Part shown: positions 48,408 through 58,793 of the stretch, piece after piece
Numbering within the stretch: the stretch's first letter is position 1
Layout: each line of letters opens with the position of its first letter
NCBI GenBank assembly: GCA_023819145.1
Contig: JAMWCW010000004.1
Span: forward strand, 9,935-73,934
From: Candidatus Omnitrophota bacterium
Lineage (GTDB): Bacteria; Omnitrophota; Gorgyraeia; DTHP01
DNA length: 64,000 nt
Reading direction: 5' to 3'
Notes under the pieces: generated by a model
What the model saw: only the letters and a program-made list of their open reading frames with translations
Databases searched by the model: none
Told to the model about the DNA's origin: nothing
Translations under genes and position numbers: made by a program

Positions 48408-49226
48408 ATGGAAGATAATAATTTTATTCGCCCTCCTTATGTAGCAGGACAATTTTATCCAGGCCAAAAAGAACCTCTGATTAAACTTCTTGATAAGTTA
48501 ATTGAGCATGATATTTCCAAAGAAAAAATCATGGGAATTGTATCTCCTCATGCCGGTTATATTTACTCCGGCCCTGTTGCCGGAGCTGGCTTTTCCAAAG
48601 TCATTATTCCCGAAAAAATAGTCCTCATAGGCCCTAACCATAGCGGTCTGGGAAAATCCTTTAGCCTTATGCCTGAAGGAAAGTGGATTACCCCCTTGGG
48701 AGAAGTATCTGTCGATAAAGAAATTACATCTCATATTCTGGAAACCTCACGCTATTTAGAAAGAGATTATCTTGCCCATAAATACGAACATTCTCTAGAG
48801 GTGCAAATTCCTTTTATCCAATATCTTAAGAAAGATTTCTCCATCATTCCCATAATTATAAGTGAAGCGCCTTTATCTCTTTATCAAGATTTAGGAAAGG
48901 AATTAGCGCAGATATTGAAACCTTGGCAAAAGAATATTCTCATAGTTGCCTCTTCAGATATGACTCATTATGAAAGTCGTAAAGTAGCAGAACAGAAAGA
49001 TAAACTTGCCATTGATGCTATAATTTCTCTAGATGAAGATTTGCTCTACGAACAGGTTAACAAATATAATATAAGTATGTGTGGATATGCTCCTTGCATT
49101 GTCATGCTTGCTACATTAAAAAACTGGGGAGCAAAATCTGCGAGTTTAATAAAATATCAAACAAGCGGTGATGTTTCCGGAGAATATACCTCAGTAGTAG
49201 GATACGCTAGTATAATTGTTAAATAA
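48408..49226 (+). CDS. amrB: AmmeMemoRadiSam system protein B (MEMO1 family)
   Basis: RPPYVAGQFYP, PHAGYIYSG, GPNH, EHSLEVQ, SSDMTH, SMCG, VVGYAS. Confidence 0.92.
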   Translation: MEDNNFIRPPYVAGQFYPGQKEPLIKLLDKLIEHDISKEKIMGIVSPHAGYIYSGPVAGAGFSKVIIPEKIVLIGPNHSGLGKSFSLMPEGKWITPLGEVSVDKEITSHILETSRYLERDYLAHKYEHSLEVQIPFIQYLKKDFSIIPIIISEAPLSLYQDLGKELAQILKPWQKNILIVASSDMTHYESRKVAEQKDKLAIDAIISLDEDLLYEQVNKYNISMCGYAPCIVMLATLKNWGAKSASLIKYQTSGDVSGEYTSVVGYASIIVK

Positions 49227-49567
49227 TGGAAAACGAAGGAAAAAAAATAGACAGTGATTGGAAAGAACAGGTAGAAAAAGAGAAACATCAATATTCTGAG
49301 CATCAAAATGATCAGTCTTCGGCAGCGAATTTCAACTTTTTTATCACTAGCCTCGCGATGCAGGCAATGATAGCAATGGGAGAAATAGAAAACCCCGTTA
49401 CAAATAGAAAAGAGAAGGACCTTAATCAAGCAAAATATCTTATTGACATCCTGGGAATACTTAAAGAAAAAACAGAGAATAATCTTAATGAAGAAGAGAA
49501 CAACTTGCTGGATAATCTCTTATATCAGTTAAGAACAACCTTTATAAAAATTTCCAATAAAAAATGA
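49226..49567 (+). CDS. DUF1844 protein
   Basis: MGEIENP...AKYLIDIL..LKEKT.NNL..EE..LL...L..LR. Confidence 0.85.
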   Translation: MENEGKKIDSDWKEQVEKEKHQYSEHQNDQSSAANFNFFITSLAMQAMIAMGEIENPVTNRKEKDLNQAKYLIDILGILKEKTENNLNEEENNLLDNLLYQLRTTFIKISNKK

Positions 49568-50529
49568 AATATTTTATCCCTTTGCTAAGAATATTGGTAA
49601 GTATTTTTTTTATTGTCGTACTTATATTTATTATGCGTAATAAACTGCATGAATTATCAGTTTATTTAAAACAGACGAAGGCAACATACTTTCTATATGC
49701 GGTATTGTTATTTCTGTTTATCATTGTAATCCTTTCCATTAGGCTAAAGAAAATAATGGAATTTCAAGAACTATCTCTTCCGCTAAGTAACGTTGTATAT
49801 CTAAGCCTCATCGGATTCTTCTTCAATAACTTTCTTCCCACTTCTGTAGCAGGGGACTTTGTTAAAGCCTACTACACTGCACGATATACCAATAGAACGA
49901 TGGAATCTTATACCTCCATTATTGTAGACCGTATTTTTGGCATTTTTGCCTTCGTATTCATAACAGTTATAGCTTTGTTCTTGGCAGATAGAAATATAAA
50001 AAAACCCATAGTAACCAATTCTATAGTAAGCCTTGTTATAATTTCTCTTTGCTTAATATTGGTATTATCAAACGACAATTTTACAAAGCGTTTACATAAA
50101 CTCTTAGAAAAAATAAAACTTCTCACAATAAGCAGTACATTACAGCATTTTTTCAAAACTGTAAGCAGATACAATAAGAATTATAGAATCATATTTTTTG
50201 CATTCTATACTTCTGTGCTTTCCCAAATTATATCTACTTTAGTAGTAGCCATCCTTGCCAAAGGATTGTCTATAGAAATACCTCTGATGTTGTTATTCTT
50301 GACATTGCCTATAATTACTACTGTAAGCATGCTACCTTCTCTCAATGGCCTAGGGATTAGAGAAAGTGCTTATGTATTTTTATTAGGAAATTATATAGGA
50401 AAAGAAAAGGCATTTGCTCTATCTATTCTTTGGTTGGGGATAATACTTTTAGTAAGTTTTTTTGGAGGAATAGCTTATTTATTCAAAGATTTTCTTTTAA
50501 ATAAAAAAGGGGAAGTTAATGTTAGATAA
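49564..50529 (+). CDS. Lysylphosphatidylglycerol synthase TM-domain (UPF0104/flippase-like) protein
   Basis: FFNNFLPTSVAGDFVKAY, DRIFG, PSLNGLGIRE. Confidence 0.87.
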   Translation: MKYFIPLLRILVSIFFIVVLIFIMRNKLHELSVYLKQTKATYFLYAVLLFLFIIVILSIRLKKIMEFQELSLPLSNVVYLSLIGFFFNNFLPTSVAGDFVKAYYTARYTNRTMESYTSIIVDRIFGIFAFVFITVIALFLADRNIKKPIVTNSIVSLVIISLCLILVLSNDNFTKRLHKLLEKIKLLTISSTLQHFFKTVSRYNKNYRIIFFAFYTSVLSQIISTLVVAILAKGLSIEIPLMLLFLTLPIITTVSMLPSLNGLGIRESAYVFLLGNYIGKEKAFALSILWLGIILLVSFFGGIAYLFKDFLLNKKGEVNVR

Positions 50530-50674
50530 AAGATTACTCGAGATACTTGCTTGTCCTTCTTGCAAGGGAGATTTAGAATTAGAAGGAGAAAAAATTGTCT
50601 GTAAAAAATGCAATTTAAAATATCCTATCAGAAACGGAATACCTATAATGTTAATTGAAGAAGCAGAGAAATAG
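50519..50674 (+). CDS. Trm112/YcaR-family zinc-finger protein, 51 aa (below ORF-track cutoff)
   Basis: MLDKRLLEILACPSCKGDL...VCKKCNLKYPIRNGIPIMLIEEAEK. Confidence 0.92.
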   Translation: MLDKRLLEILACPSCKGDLELEGEKIVCKKCNLKYPIRNGIPIMLIEEAEK

Positions 50675-50687
50675 GAGGAGGTAAGAT

Positions 50688-51128
50688 ATGCTTAAAATCT
50701 TAGTTATTCATGGACCGAATCTCAATCTCTTAGGAAAACGCCAACCAGAGATTTATGGAAGATTCAGTATTAAGCAAATCAATGATGCCCTTAGAAAAAT
50801 GGCAAAAGAAAAAAGAGTTAAGTTAGATATAATTCAAACGAACCACGAAGGCGAAATCATAGGAATTATTGGAGAAGCAAAAAAGAGATTTGATGGGCTT
50901 ATAATTAATCCTGCTGCCTATACCCATACAAGTGTAGCCATAAGAGATGCTTTGGAAGCAGTTAAAATTCCCGCGGTAGAAGTCCACCTATCTAATATCT
51001 ACGCTAGAGAAGATTTCCGTCATAAATCGCTCGTTGCTCCAGTTGTCGTTGGACAAATAACTGGCTTCGGTCCACGTAGCTATCTCTTAGCTCTAGAAGC
51101 AATCATTTATCTCATTCAGCAGAAGTAA
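50688..51128 (+). CDS. aroQ: Type II 3-dehydroquinate dehydratase
   Basis: HGPNLNLLG.RQPEIYG, INPAAYTHTS, EVHLSN. Confidence 0.97.
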   Translation: MLKILVIHGPNLNLLGKRQPEIYGRFSIKQINDALRKMAKEKRVKLDIIQTNHEGEIIGIIGEAKKRFDGLIINPAAYTHTSVAIRDALEAVKIPAVEVHLSNIYAREDFRHKSLVAPVVVGQITGFGPRSYLLALEAIIYLIQQK

Positions 51129-51148
51129 AATATAAACAAGTCCCCAAA

Positions 51149-52219
51149 ATGAAACGCATTAAAAAAATAGATACCATTTTAGCACAAAAAAAATTAGATG
51201 CCTTTCTGATTACCAAACAGGTAAATGTAGAGTACATCTCTGGTTTTTCAGGCGATGATGCCCTTTTATTAATAGTTCCGGGAAAATTAAATTTAATTAT
51301 TACTGATGGGCGCTTTATTCAAGAAGCTTCTAAATTAACAGACTTCACACCGGAAATAACAAACCAAAAAATAACGGGGTTTCTTGCTTCGAAACTCAGG
51401 AAATTGCATCTTAAACGAGTTGGATTCGAAAGTAATGGTTTAACCTATGGACAATATAATTTATTAAAAGAAGCGTGTTATAAAAACACAGAGTTGATTC
51501 CATTGGATAACATCATTGAAGAAATGCGTATGATTAAAGACAAAGAGGAAATTAGAATAATTAAACAAGCCATAAATATTTCGATTATTGCTTTTGAAAA
51601 TCTTTTTTCAGAATTGACTCCCGGCTATTCAGAAAATACGATTGCTAATCGTTTAGAATACCTAATACGAGCCCAAGGGGCAGAGTGTTCCTCCTTTAAA
51701 ATTATCGTGGCTACCGGTAGTAACACCTCTTATCCCCATGCAGTCCCCAGCTCTAAGAAATGGAGGATAGAAGAACCTCTTCTTATCGATTGGGGAGCCC
51801 GGCTAAAAGGATATAATTGCGACTTGACAAGGACGATATTTTCTTATAAAATTAACCCTATTCATAAAAGGATTTATAAAATTCTATCCGAGGTACAGGA
51901 AAAAGCAATTTCTTTTATAAAACCAGGAATAGAAGCAAGAAGAATTGATATCCTTATCCGAAAATATCTCAAAAAATATAAAATAGATAAGCTTTTTCTC
52001 CATAGTTCAGGTCATGGAGTAGGTAAAGAAGTTCACGAACCTCCATGGATTTCGCAACAAAACGAAACAGTATTGAGAGAAAATATGTTATTTACGATAG
52101 AGCCAGGAATATATTTAAAGGGTAAATATGGTATGCGCATAGAAGACATGGTATGGGTCAGATCGCATGGTTGCGAAATCATCAGCAGTAAATTAAAAAA
52201 AATATATATTAAGGAATAA
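51149..52219 (+). CDS. Xaa-Pro aminopeptidase (M24B)
   Basis: TDGRF, YPH, IDWG..DLTRT, HSSGHGVG.EVHE, TIEPG, RIED. Confidence 0.93.
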   Translation: MKRIKKIDTILAQKKLDAFLITKQVNVEYISGFSGDDALLLIVPGKLNLIITDGRFIQEASKLTDFTPEITNQKITGFLASKLRKLHLKRVGFESNGLTYGQYNLLKEACYKNTELIPLDNIIEEMRMIKDKEEIRIIKQAINISIIAFENLFSELTPGYSENTIANRLEYLIRAQGAECSSFKIIVATGSNTSYPHAVPSSKKWRIEEPLLIDWGARLKGYNCDLTRTIFSYKINPIHKRIYKILSEVQEKAISFIKPGIEARRIDILIRKYLKKYKIDKLFLHSSGHGVGKEVHEPPWISQQNETVLRENMLFTIEPGIYLKGKYGMRIEDMVWVRSHGCEIISSKLKKIYIKE

Positions 52220-52780
52220 ATGATTAATACAAACCAATTCAAAACAGGGTTAACTTTATTAATTGAAGGAGAGGTATATTCTATAGTTGACTACGAACAT
52301 GTAAAACCCGGTAAAGGAAGCGCCTTTGTAAGAACAAAACTCCGTAATCTAAAAACCCAAGCAGTGATAGAAAGAACTTACAGAGCAGGAGAGAAATTTG
52401 AAGAAGCATTTGTGGAAGAAAAAAAACTGAATTTCTTATATCGCTCAGGAGACCTTTTCTATTTCATGGACGAAGAAACCTATGAGCAGAAAGCAATTAC
52501 CAAAGATGAATTAAAAGATAGTATAAATTATATAAAAGAGAACACGCCGGTTAGCGTGTCTTACTTTGACAACAAAATCATCTCGGTAAACCCTCCTAAT
52601 TTTGTAGAACTAAAGGTAATTTATACGGAACCGGGAATAAAAGGTGATACCGCAAAATCCACTTACAAACCCGCTACTTTGGAAACAGGATACATCATAC
52701 AAGTTCCTCTTTTTATTCAGAACGGCGATATCGTCAAAGTTGATACTCGAACAGGAGAATATGTAGCCAGAATAGGCTAA
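52220..52780 (+). CDS. efp: Elongation factor P
   Basis: HVKPGKGSAF, PGIKGDT, KPATLETG. Confidence 0.97.
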   Translation: MINTNQFKTGLTLLIEGEVYSIVDYEHVKPGKGSAFVRTKLRNLKTQAVIERTYRAGEKFEEAFVEEKKLNFLYRSGDLFYFMDEETYEQKAITKDELKDSINYIKENTPVSVSYFDNKIISVNPPNFVELKVIYTEPGIKGDTAKSTYKPATLETGYIIQVPLFIQNGDIVKVDTRTGEYVARIG

Positions 52781-52809
52781 ATTTTGTATCAAAAAAGGAG
52801 AGGGAAGAA

Positions 52810-53271
52810 ATGGACATTAAGGAAATTAAAGAACTAATTGCGTTAATGAACGAACATAACCTTCTCGAGATAGAGATAGAAAAAGAAGGGAAAAAAATCC
52901 GTCTGAAAAAAGATTCTTTGCATGGTCCCACTAATAATGTAGTAATGAAAGAAACGTTACAAAAATCAGCACATAACAATTTTTTAGCTAACAACGCTTC
53001 AAAAATGGAAATGCCTATTTCAACATCAAAGATTGTACAAGTCAAATCTCCAATGATTGGAACATTCTATCGCGCTCCCCATCCAGATTCTCCACCTTTT
53101 GTAGAAATAGGAGATATTGTAGAACCTGGACAAGTAATCTGTATTATAGAAGCAATGAAATTGATGAATGAAATAAAGGCTGAGATAAAAGGAAAAATTT
53201 CTGAAATATTGATAAATAACGGCGATCCAGTCGAATTTGGACAACCATTATTCTTAATTGAACAGATATAG
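52810..53271 (+). CDS. accB: Biotin carboxyl carrier protein
   Basis: SPMIGTFY, EAMKLMNE. Confidence 0.96.
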   Translation: MDIKEIKELIALMNEHNLLEIEIEKEGKKIRLKKDSLHGPTNNVVMKETLQKSAHNNFLANNASKMEMPISTSKIVQVKSPMIGTFYRAPHPDSPPFVEIGDIVEPGQVICIIEAMKLMNEIKAEIKGKISEILINNGDPVEFGQPLFLIEQI

Positions 53272-54624
53272 ATGTTTTCAAAAATCTTAATTGCCAATCG
53301 AGGAGAAATTGCCCTGAGGATAATTCGTGCCTGCAAAGAGATGGGAATACGTACTGTCGCAGTTTACTCCGAAGCAGATGCGGATGCCCTACATACGAGG
53401 CTTGCCGACGAAGCAATATGCATAGGTCCTGCCAACCCGAAAGAAAGCTATCTCAACATACCAAATATCATCTCAGCAGCGGAGATAACTGATGTGGAAG
53501 CAATACATCCCGGTTACGGTTTCCTAGCAGAAAATGCACATTTCGCAGAGATTTGTCAATCCTGCCAAATTACGTTTATTGGACCAACTTCTGACAACAT
53601 CCGTCTTATGGGAGATAAATTATTAGCAAAAGAGACAATACGAAAAGCAGGAATCCCTGTTCTTCCAGGAAGTTTTGGTGTAGTAAAAAATAAAGAGGAT
53701 GCGTTAAAAACTGCTCAACAGATAAAATATCCGGTGATAATAAAATCAGCTGGTGGAGGTGGTGGAAGAGGTATGCGCATCTGTCATAACGACATACGTC
53801 TCGTAAGCTCCCTCTTAACCTGCAAAACCGAATCTGAAGCTTCTTTCGGTAGAGCAGATGTCTATATTGAGAAATATATTCCCCGCGCACGCCATATAGA
53901 AGTTCAGATACTGGCTGATAAATATGGAAAAGTAATTTATCTTGGAGAAAGAGAATGTAGCATACAAAGACGCTATCAAAAACTAATTGAAGAATCCCCT
54001 TCCCCAGTCATCACTCATAAAATGCGTAAAAAACTAGGAGAGTGGGCAGTAAAAGGAGCAAAAGCAATAAATTACACTAACGTCGGAACGATGGAATTCT
54101 TACTTGACGAAGAAGGTAATTTTTATTTTATGGAAATGAATACAAGAATCCAAGTTGAACATCCGGTAACGGAGATGGTAACCGGTATAGATATAGTAAA
54201 AGAGCAGATTAAATTGGCTGCAGGCGAAAAACTGAATCTTAAACAGGATGATTTAAGAATAAACGGATGGGCAATAGAATGTCGAATAAATGCAGAAGAT
54301 CCGGATAACAATTTCTTACCATCACCAGGTAGAATTAATACCTACATTCCACCAGGTGGTTTCGGAGTCAGGATAGATAGTACGGTCTATCCCGGCTACG
54401 ATGTACCTCCTAACTACGACCCACTATTAGCAAAATTGATTGTCCATGGTAAAACACGTATAGAGACGATAAAAATTATGCAACGGGCTTTAGAGGAATT
54501 TACTATAGAACCTATTAAAACCACCTTGCCTTTTTACCGAACTGTTTTTTCAAATCCAGAATTCATGGAAGGGAAATTCTACACAGATTTTGTAAACAAG
54601 TTATTAGGAATGGAGGCGGAATGA
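53272..54624 (+). CDS. accC: Biotin carboxylase
   Basis: [34 protein letters not shown]. Confidence 0.97.
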   Translation: MFSKILIANRGEIALRIIRACKEMGIRTVAVYSEADADALHTRLADEAICIGPANPKESYLNIPNIISAAEITDVEAIHPGYGFLAENAHFAEICQSCQITFIGPTSDNIRLMGDKLLAKETIRKAGIPVLPGSFGVVKNKEDALKTAQQIKYPVIIKSAGGGGGRGMRICHNDIRLVSSLLTCKTESEASFGRADVYIEKYIPRARHIEVQILADKYGKVIYLGERECSIQRRYQKLIEESPSPVITHKMRKKLGEWAVKGAKAINYTNVGTMEFLLDEEGNFYFMEMNTRIQVEHPVTEMVTGIDIVKEQIKLAAGEKLNLKQDDLRINGWAIECRINAEDPDNNFLPSPGRINTYIPPGGFGVRIDSTVYPGYDVPPNYDPLLAKLIVHGKTRIETIKIMQRALEEFTIEPIKTTLPFYRTVFSNPEFMEGKFYTDFVNKLLGMEAE

Positions 54625-55004
54625 AGAAAAAAATATTTTGGAGTCTACACGAGGAAGAAACCAAAGACGAACATGGTTTTCTAAAAATAAACAATAAAGT
54701 AATCGCCTCTATAGCCCATATTGCTGCTTTAGAAGTTGGAGGAGTTGCGAGGATAGGAAAAAACATTTTACATAATATAAAGGCACTTTTATCTAGAAAG
54801 TTATATCATCGTGGAGTATTTGTGGAATTCAATAATGAGAATGAGTTAATAATCACTTTATACATCGTTGCAGAATACGGCGCTAATCTCTCAGAGCTGG
54901 CAAATGGAGTACAGCATAGTGTGCGTTCGGCTTTAGAAAAGATGGCGGATATAATCCCTTCGGAAGTAAATGTAGTAATTCAAAAAGTAGAAAAACACAA
55001 ATAA
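54621..55004 (+). CDS. Asp23/Gls24-family protein
   Basis: [23 protein letters not shown]; follows accC like yqhY in Bacillus. Confidence 0.87.
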   Translation: MKKKIFWSLHEEETKDEHGFLKINNKVIASIAHIAALEVGGVARIGKNILHNIKALLSRKLYHRGVFVEFNNENELIITLYIVAEYGANLSELANGVQHSVRSALEKMADIIPSEVNVVIQKVEKHK

Positions 55005-55037
55005 ATTTCTCATCAGAAGAAAGGGGAGGGTAATAAA

Positions 55038-55631
55038 ATGAGAATATTTAAAAAATTGTTTATCCTAATTGTAGGACTGTTTTTTGTTATCCTAAGTTTA
55101 TTTGTTATCGCTATTTCTCTAAGAATAATTTCTTCACAAGACATAGCAGCTATTATTGAACTAGTTGGGAGTAATTATAAACTTCGTCTATCTTTAGGTA
55201 TTATCGGATGCGTCTTGATGGTATTCAGTTTTTTAGGTATACAGTTAACTTTAGGAAGATTACAAAGGGAAAAAACTATCGCCTTTACTAACCCAGATGG
55301 CCAAGTTACAGTTTCTTTACATGCCATAGAAGATTTCATACACAAAGTTGTCCGTGGTATTGAAGAAGTAAAAGAGTTAAGAGCAGATGTTGTGGCTACA
55401 AAAAAAGGAATTTATATCAACGCAAAAGTAGTGCTCTGGGAAAACACAGATATACCAGCAACAACTGAGAAAATTCAGCAACTTATAAAAATGAGACTTC
55501 AGGAAATGTTGAGCATCGAAGAATCGATACATATTCGTATCCATGTAGTAAAAATATCAGAAAGACAAACCACTTCAACAAAAGAACAAATACCGGATAT
55601 TCCTTTTAGAAACTATGATTATAAAAAATAA
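55038..55631 (+). CDS. AmaP-like membrane anchor (alkaline shock response)
   Basis: Two TM helices, GQVTVS..AIE, Asp23-like C-terminal domain. Confidence 0.8.
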   Translation: MRIFKKLFILIVGLFFVILSLFVIAISLRIISSQDIAAIIELVGSNYKLRLSLGIIGCVLMVFSFLGIQLTLGRLQREKTIAFTNPDGQVTVSLHAIEDFIHKVVRGIEEVKELRADVVATKKGIYINAKVVLWENTDIPATTEKIQQLIKMRLQEMLSIEESIHIRIHVVKISERQTTSTKEQIPDIPFRNYDYKK

Positions 55632-55640
55632 GAAAGGGGG

Positions 55641-56672
55641 ATGAAGATGCGCATAGGAATTCTAACTGGCGGTGGTGACTGTCCGGGATTAAATCCAGTG
55701 ATTCGCGCCGTGGTAAGAAAAGCCCTAAATGAAGGATATGAAGTAATTGGCATCAAAAATGGCTGGAAAGGAATGATTGAGAAAGACGTAATTACCTTAG
55801 ATCTTCATTCGATATCAGGAATACTTCCTAAAGGAGGAACGATATTAGGAACTTCGCGTACTAATCCTTTCAAGAAACCCGAGGATGTAAAAAAAGTTAT
55901 TGAGAATTACAAAAATCTTGGTCTAAATGCCCTCGTGGCAGTAGGGGGAGAAGATACGTTGGGGGTAGCCTACAAATTAACAAAAGAAGGAATAAATATC
56001 GTTGGCGTTCCTAAAACCATAGACAATGATCTCTCTGCTACAGATTATACATTTGGTTTTGATACTGCTGTGAATATTGCTACCGAATGCATAGATCGTC
56101 TTCATACTACTGCGGAAAGCCACCACCGGATTATTGTAGTAGAAGTAATGGGCCGTCACGCAGGGTGGATTGCGGTAGAAGCAGGTATTGCTGGAGGAGC
56201 AGATGTGGTTCTTATTCCTGAAGTTCCTATAAACATAGACGAAGTATGTACTCTCATAAAAAAGAGGCATAGCAGAGGGAAAACATTTAGCATCGTGGTA
56301 GTGGCAGAAGGAGCAAAATTTGAAGAAAGCCAGATAACCACCCAGAAAGAAAAAATAGATGAATTCGGACATGTGAGATTAGGTGGAGTAGGGGAGCTAT
56401 TAGGAGAAATAATAGAGCATAAAACAGGTTTTGAAACAAGAGTAGTAATACTTGGACACCTACAGCGAGGAGGAACCCCTACTGCCTTTGATAGGGTATT
56501 AGGCACGCGTTTTGGTATAAAGGCTGTAGAGCTTATTATAAAAGGAGAATTTGGAAAGATGGTTAGCCTCCAGGGAAACAGAATAGTAAGTGTTCCTTTA
56601 GAAAGAGCTGTAGAGAAATTAAAAACAGTAGATATGGAACTTTACGAAATTGCGAAAACATTCTTTGGTTAA
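55641..56672 (+). CDS. pfkA: 6-phosphofructokinase (group III, GGED type)
   Basis: GGDCPGLN, GGEDT, PKTIDND, EVMGR, GHLQRGG. Confidence 0.94.
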   Translation: MKMRIGILTGGGDCPGLNPVIRAVVRKALNEGYEVIGIKNGWKGMIEKDVITLDLHSISGILPKGGTILGTSRTNPFKKPEDVKKVIENYKNLGLNALVAVGGEDTLGVAYKLTKEGINIVGVPKTIDNDLSATDYTFGFDTAVNIATECIDRLHTTAESHHRIIVVEVMGRHAGWIAVEAGIAGGADVVLIPEVPINIDEVCTLIKKRHSRGKTFSIVVVAEGAKFEESQITTQKEKIDEFGHVRLGGVGELLGEIIEHKTGFETRVVILGHLQRGGTPTAFDRVLGTRFGIKAVELIIKGEFGKMVSLQGNRIVSVPLERAVEKLKTVDMELYEIAKTFFG

Positions 56673-56674
56673 TT

Positions 56675-57253
56675 ATGAAAAAAAATAGAGAAAAAATATC
56701 CCTCTGGATAAAAGATTCAATAGAGCTAAAAGATAAAATCCTCAAGGAGCAAATAAATAATATATCAGAGATAGGCAATATAATGATCTCTTGTTTAAGA
56801 AAAGGGGGGAAGATAATTTTCTTTGGCAACGGCGGAAGCGCCGCTGATGCACAACACATTGCCGCAGAATTAGTTGGCAGATTCAGACGAGAAAGAAAGG
56901 CATTATCCGCCATATCTCTCACTACGGACACTTCAGTAATTACTGCTATTGCTAATGACTATAACTTCAAGGATATTTTTGTGCGCCAACTCCAAGCAAT
57001 AGCCAAAAAAGGAGACGTCGCTTTCGGAATTTCTACAAGCGGAAACTCCGATAATGTTTTTGAAGGACTAATTATCGCAAAACATCTGGGTTTGACTACT
57101 GTTTCGCTGACTGGTAAAAATGGAGGTAAAATTGCCCGTATTAGTGACTACAATATAAATATCCCCTCGGAACACACCGCCCATATACAAGAAGCACACA
57201 TTACCATAGGACACATCCTTTGTGAGTTGATTGAGGAAAATTTTGTTAAATGA
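56675..57253 (+). CDS. gmhA: Sedoheptulose-7-phosphate isomerase
   Basis: GNGGSAADAQH, ANDY, STSGNS, IQEAH. Confidence 0.96.
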   Translation: MKKNREKISLWIKDSIELKDKILKEQINNISEIGNIMISCLRKGGKIIFFGNGGSAADAQHIAAELVGRFRRERKALSAISLTTDTSVITAIANDYNFKDIFVRQLQAIAKKGDVAFGISTSGNSDNVFEGLIIAKHLGLTTVSLTGKNGGKIARISDYNINIPSEHTAHIQEAHITIGHILCELIEENFVK

Positions 57254-57795
57254 TTACAAACAAATTAAAGACACTTGCCCAGATAAATAGATTGGTCTCC
57301 GTTCTGAGAAAAAGAAATAAAAAAATCGTTTTCACTAATGGATGTTTTGACATTCTTCACTACGGACATCTTAAATATCTGGAAGAGGCAAAAAAAAATG
57401 GAGATATTTTAATAGTAGGAGTCAATACTGATTCTTCAGTAAAGGCCCTAAAAGGAAAATCTCGTCCCATTAATAAGTGCAGAGACAGAATTGCACTATT
57501 GGCGGGCTTGGAATGTGTAGATTACTGCTTGGCCTTCAAAGAAAAAACACCTATAAAAATTATAAAAGTAATAAAACCCGATATTTTGGTTAAAGGAAGC
57601 GATTGGAAAAAAGAAGATATAGTAGGATATAAATTTGTTACTGCTTACGGAGGAAAAGTAAAAACAATTAAATTTGAAAAAGGTTATTCAACAACTAATA
57701 TTATAAAGAAGATTATAGACAATGAAAAAAAAGAATTTACTTCGCATACTGGATGCAAACATAAATCGGACAAAGGAAGGACTGCGTGTATGTGA
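57250..57795 (+). CDS. hldC: D-glycero-beta-D-manno-heptose-1-phosphate adenylyltransferase (RfaE domain II/HldC)
   Basis: FTNGCFDILHYGH, NTDSSV..LKG..RP, KGSDW, STT. Confidence 0.92.
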   Translation: MITNKLKTLAQINRLVSVLRKRNKKIVFTNGCFDILHYGHLKYLEEAKKNGDILIVGVNTDSSVKALKGKSRPINKCRDRIALLAGLECVDYCLAFKEKTPIKIIKVIKPDILVKGSDWKKEDIVGYKFVTAYGGKVKTIKFEKGYSTTNIIKKIIDNEKKEFTSHTGCKHKSDKGRTACM

Positions 57796-58162
57796 GGATA
57801 TCCTGCGGTTTTTAATCGCTAAGAAAGAACTCACCTTTTCCTTTAAAAGATTACGCCATCAGATAAATAAAGTTTTAGAAAAATATAGTTTTTTATCAAA
57901 GAAAGCTTTGCTCAAATATAGGAGTCCGCGATACGATGTAGGAAGGAATCTAAATAGTGAAAGAATTAAAAAGAATATCGTTGATTTATTCTTTGCTAAC
58001 ATACAAAGAGTGGAAGAGGCTTTAAGGGTATTAGAAGAGCTTTCAAAAATATTCGATCAAAAAACAGAAGCTGAATTTAGAAGATTGAGATTTCGTACAT
58101 ACTATTTAGAAAAAAAAGCATCGAAATTTATCTTACGCTATGAGGGGAAAAAACATTTTTAG
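57722..58162 (+). CDS. Stand-alone ThiD2-type domain (homologous to the N-terminal domain of cyanobacterial ThiE)
   Basis: RILDANINRTKEGLRVCED and ANIQRVEEALRVLEE repeats. Confidence 0.82.
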   Translation: MKKKNLLRILDANINRTKEGLRVCEDILRFLIAKKELTFSFKRLRHQINKVLEKYSFLSKKALLKYRSPRYDVGRNLNSERIKKNIVDLFFANIQRVEEALRVLEELSKIFDQKTEAEFRRLRFRTYYLEKKASKFILRYEGKKHF

Positions 58163-58793
58163 ACACTCTTTGTATGCTATCCTCGATTTAGATTTACCAT
58201 ATTTAAAGAAAGACCCTTTTTCTTTAACCAAAGATTTGATTTGTGGAGGAATAGACATATTGCAACTTAGGGCAAAATCGTTATCCGGGAATTATCTGGT
58301 TGACATAGGAATGAAAATTAAAAAGATCACCAAGAAGAAAAAGGTAATTTTTATAATTAATGACCGAGTAGACATTGCTAAAGCGATAGATGCAGACGGA
58401 GTCCACTTGGGCCAAGAAGATCTGCCTGTAAATTTAGCCAGGAGAATTTTAGGGAAAAACAAAATTATTGGTCTTTCTACTCATAACCTATACCAAGCCA
58501 AGAGAGCTCAGTTACAAGATATTGACTATATAAGCGTAGGGCCTGTTTTTAAAAGCCCTACCAAACCAAATCTTAAACCTTTAGGGATAGAAACCTTAAG
58601 AAAAATAATAGAAATTGTTAACCTCCCTATTGTAGCCATAGGCGGGATCAATTTAAGAAATATCCAACTTGTCCTCTCATCGGGTGTAGAATCGATTGCT
58701 TTAATCAGCGCTATATTAAGAACCAGAGAAATTGTCAGTAAGGTTAAATTATTCAAGCGGTTAATAACCAATTCTGCATATGGAAATTTATAA
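58140..58793 (+). CDS. thiE: Thiamine-phosphate synthase
   Basis: QLRAK, INDRVD, GVHLGQED, GLSTH, SPTK, VAIGGI. Confidence 0.95.
   Translation: MRGKNIFRHSLYAILDLDLPYLKKDPFSLTKDLICGGIDILQLRAKSLSGNYLVDIGMKIKKITKKKKVIFIINDRVDIAKAIDADGVHLGQEDLPVNLARRILGKNKIIGLSTHNLYQAKRAQLQDIDYISVGPVFKSPTKPNLKPLGIETLRKIIEIVNLPIVAIGGINLRNIQLVLSSGVESIALISAILRTREIVSKVKLFKRLITNSAYGNL

Noticed and set aside
57722-57795. HldC C-terminal tail as a functional extra domain
   Set aside because: It is the alternate-frame reading of the conserved thiD2 start, most likely a shifted stop codon.
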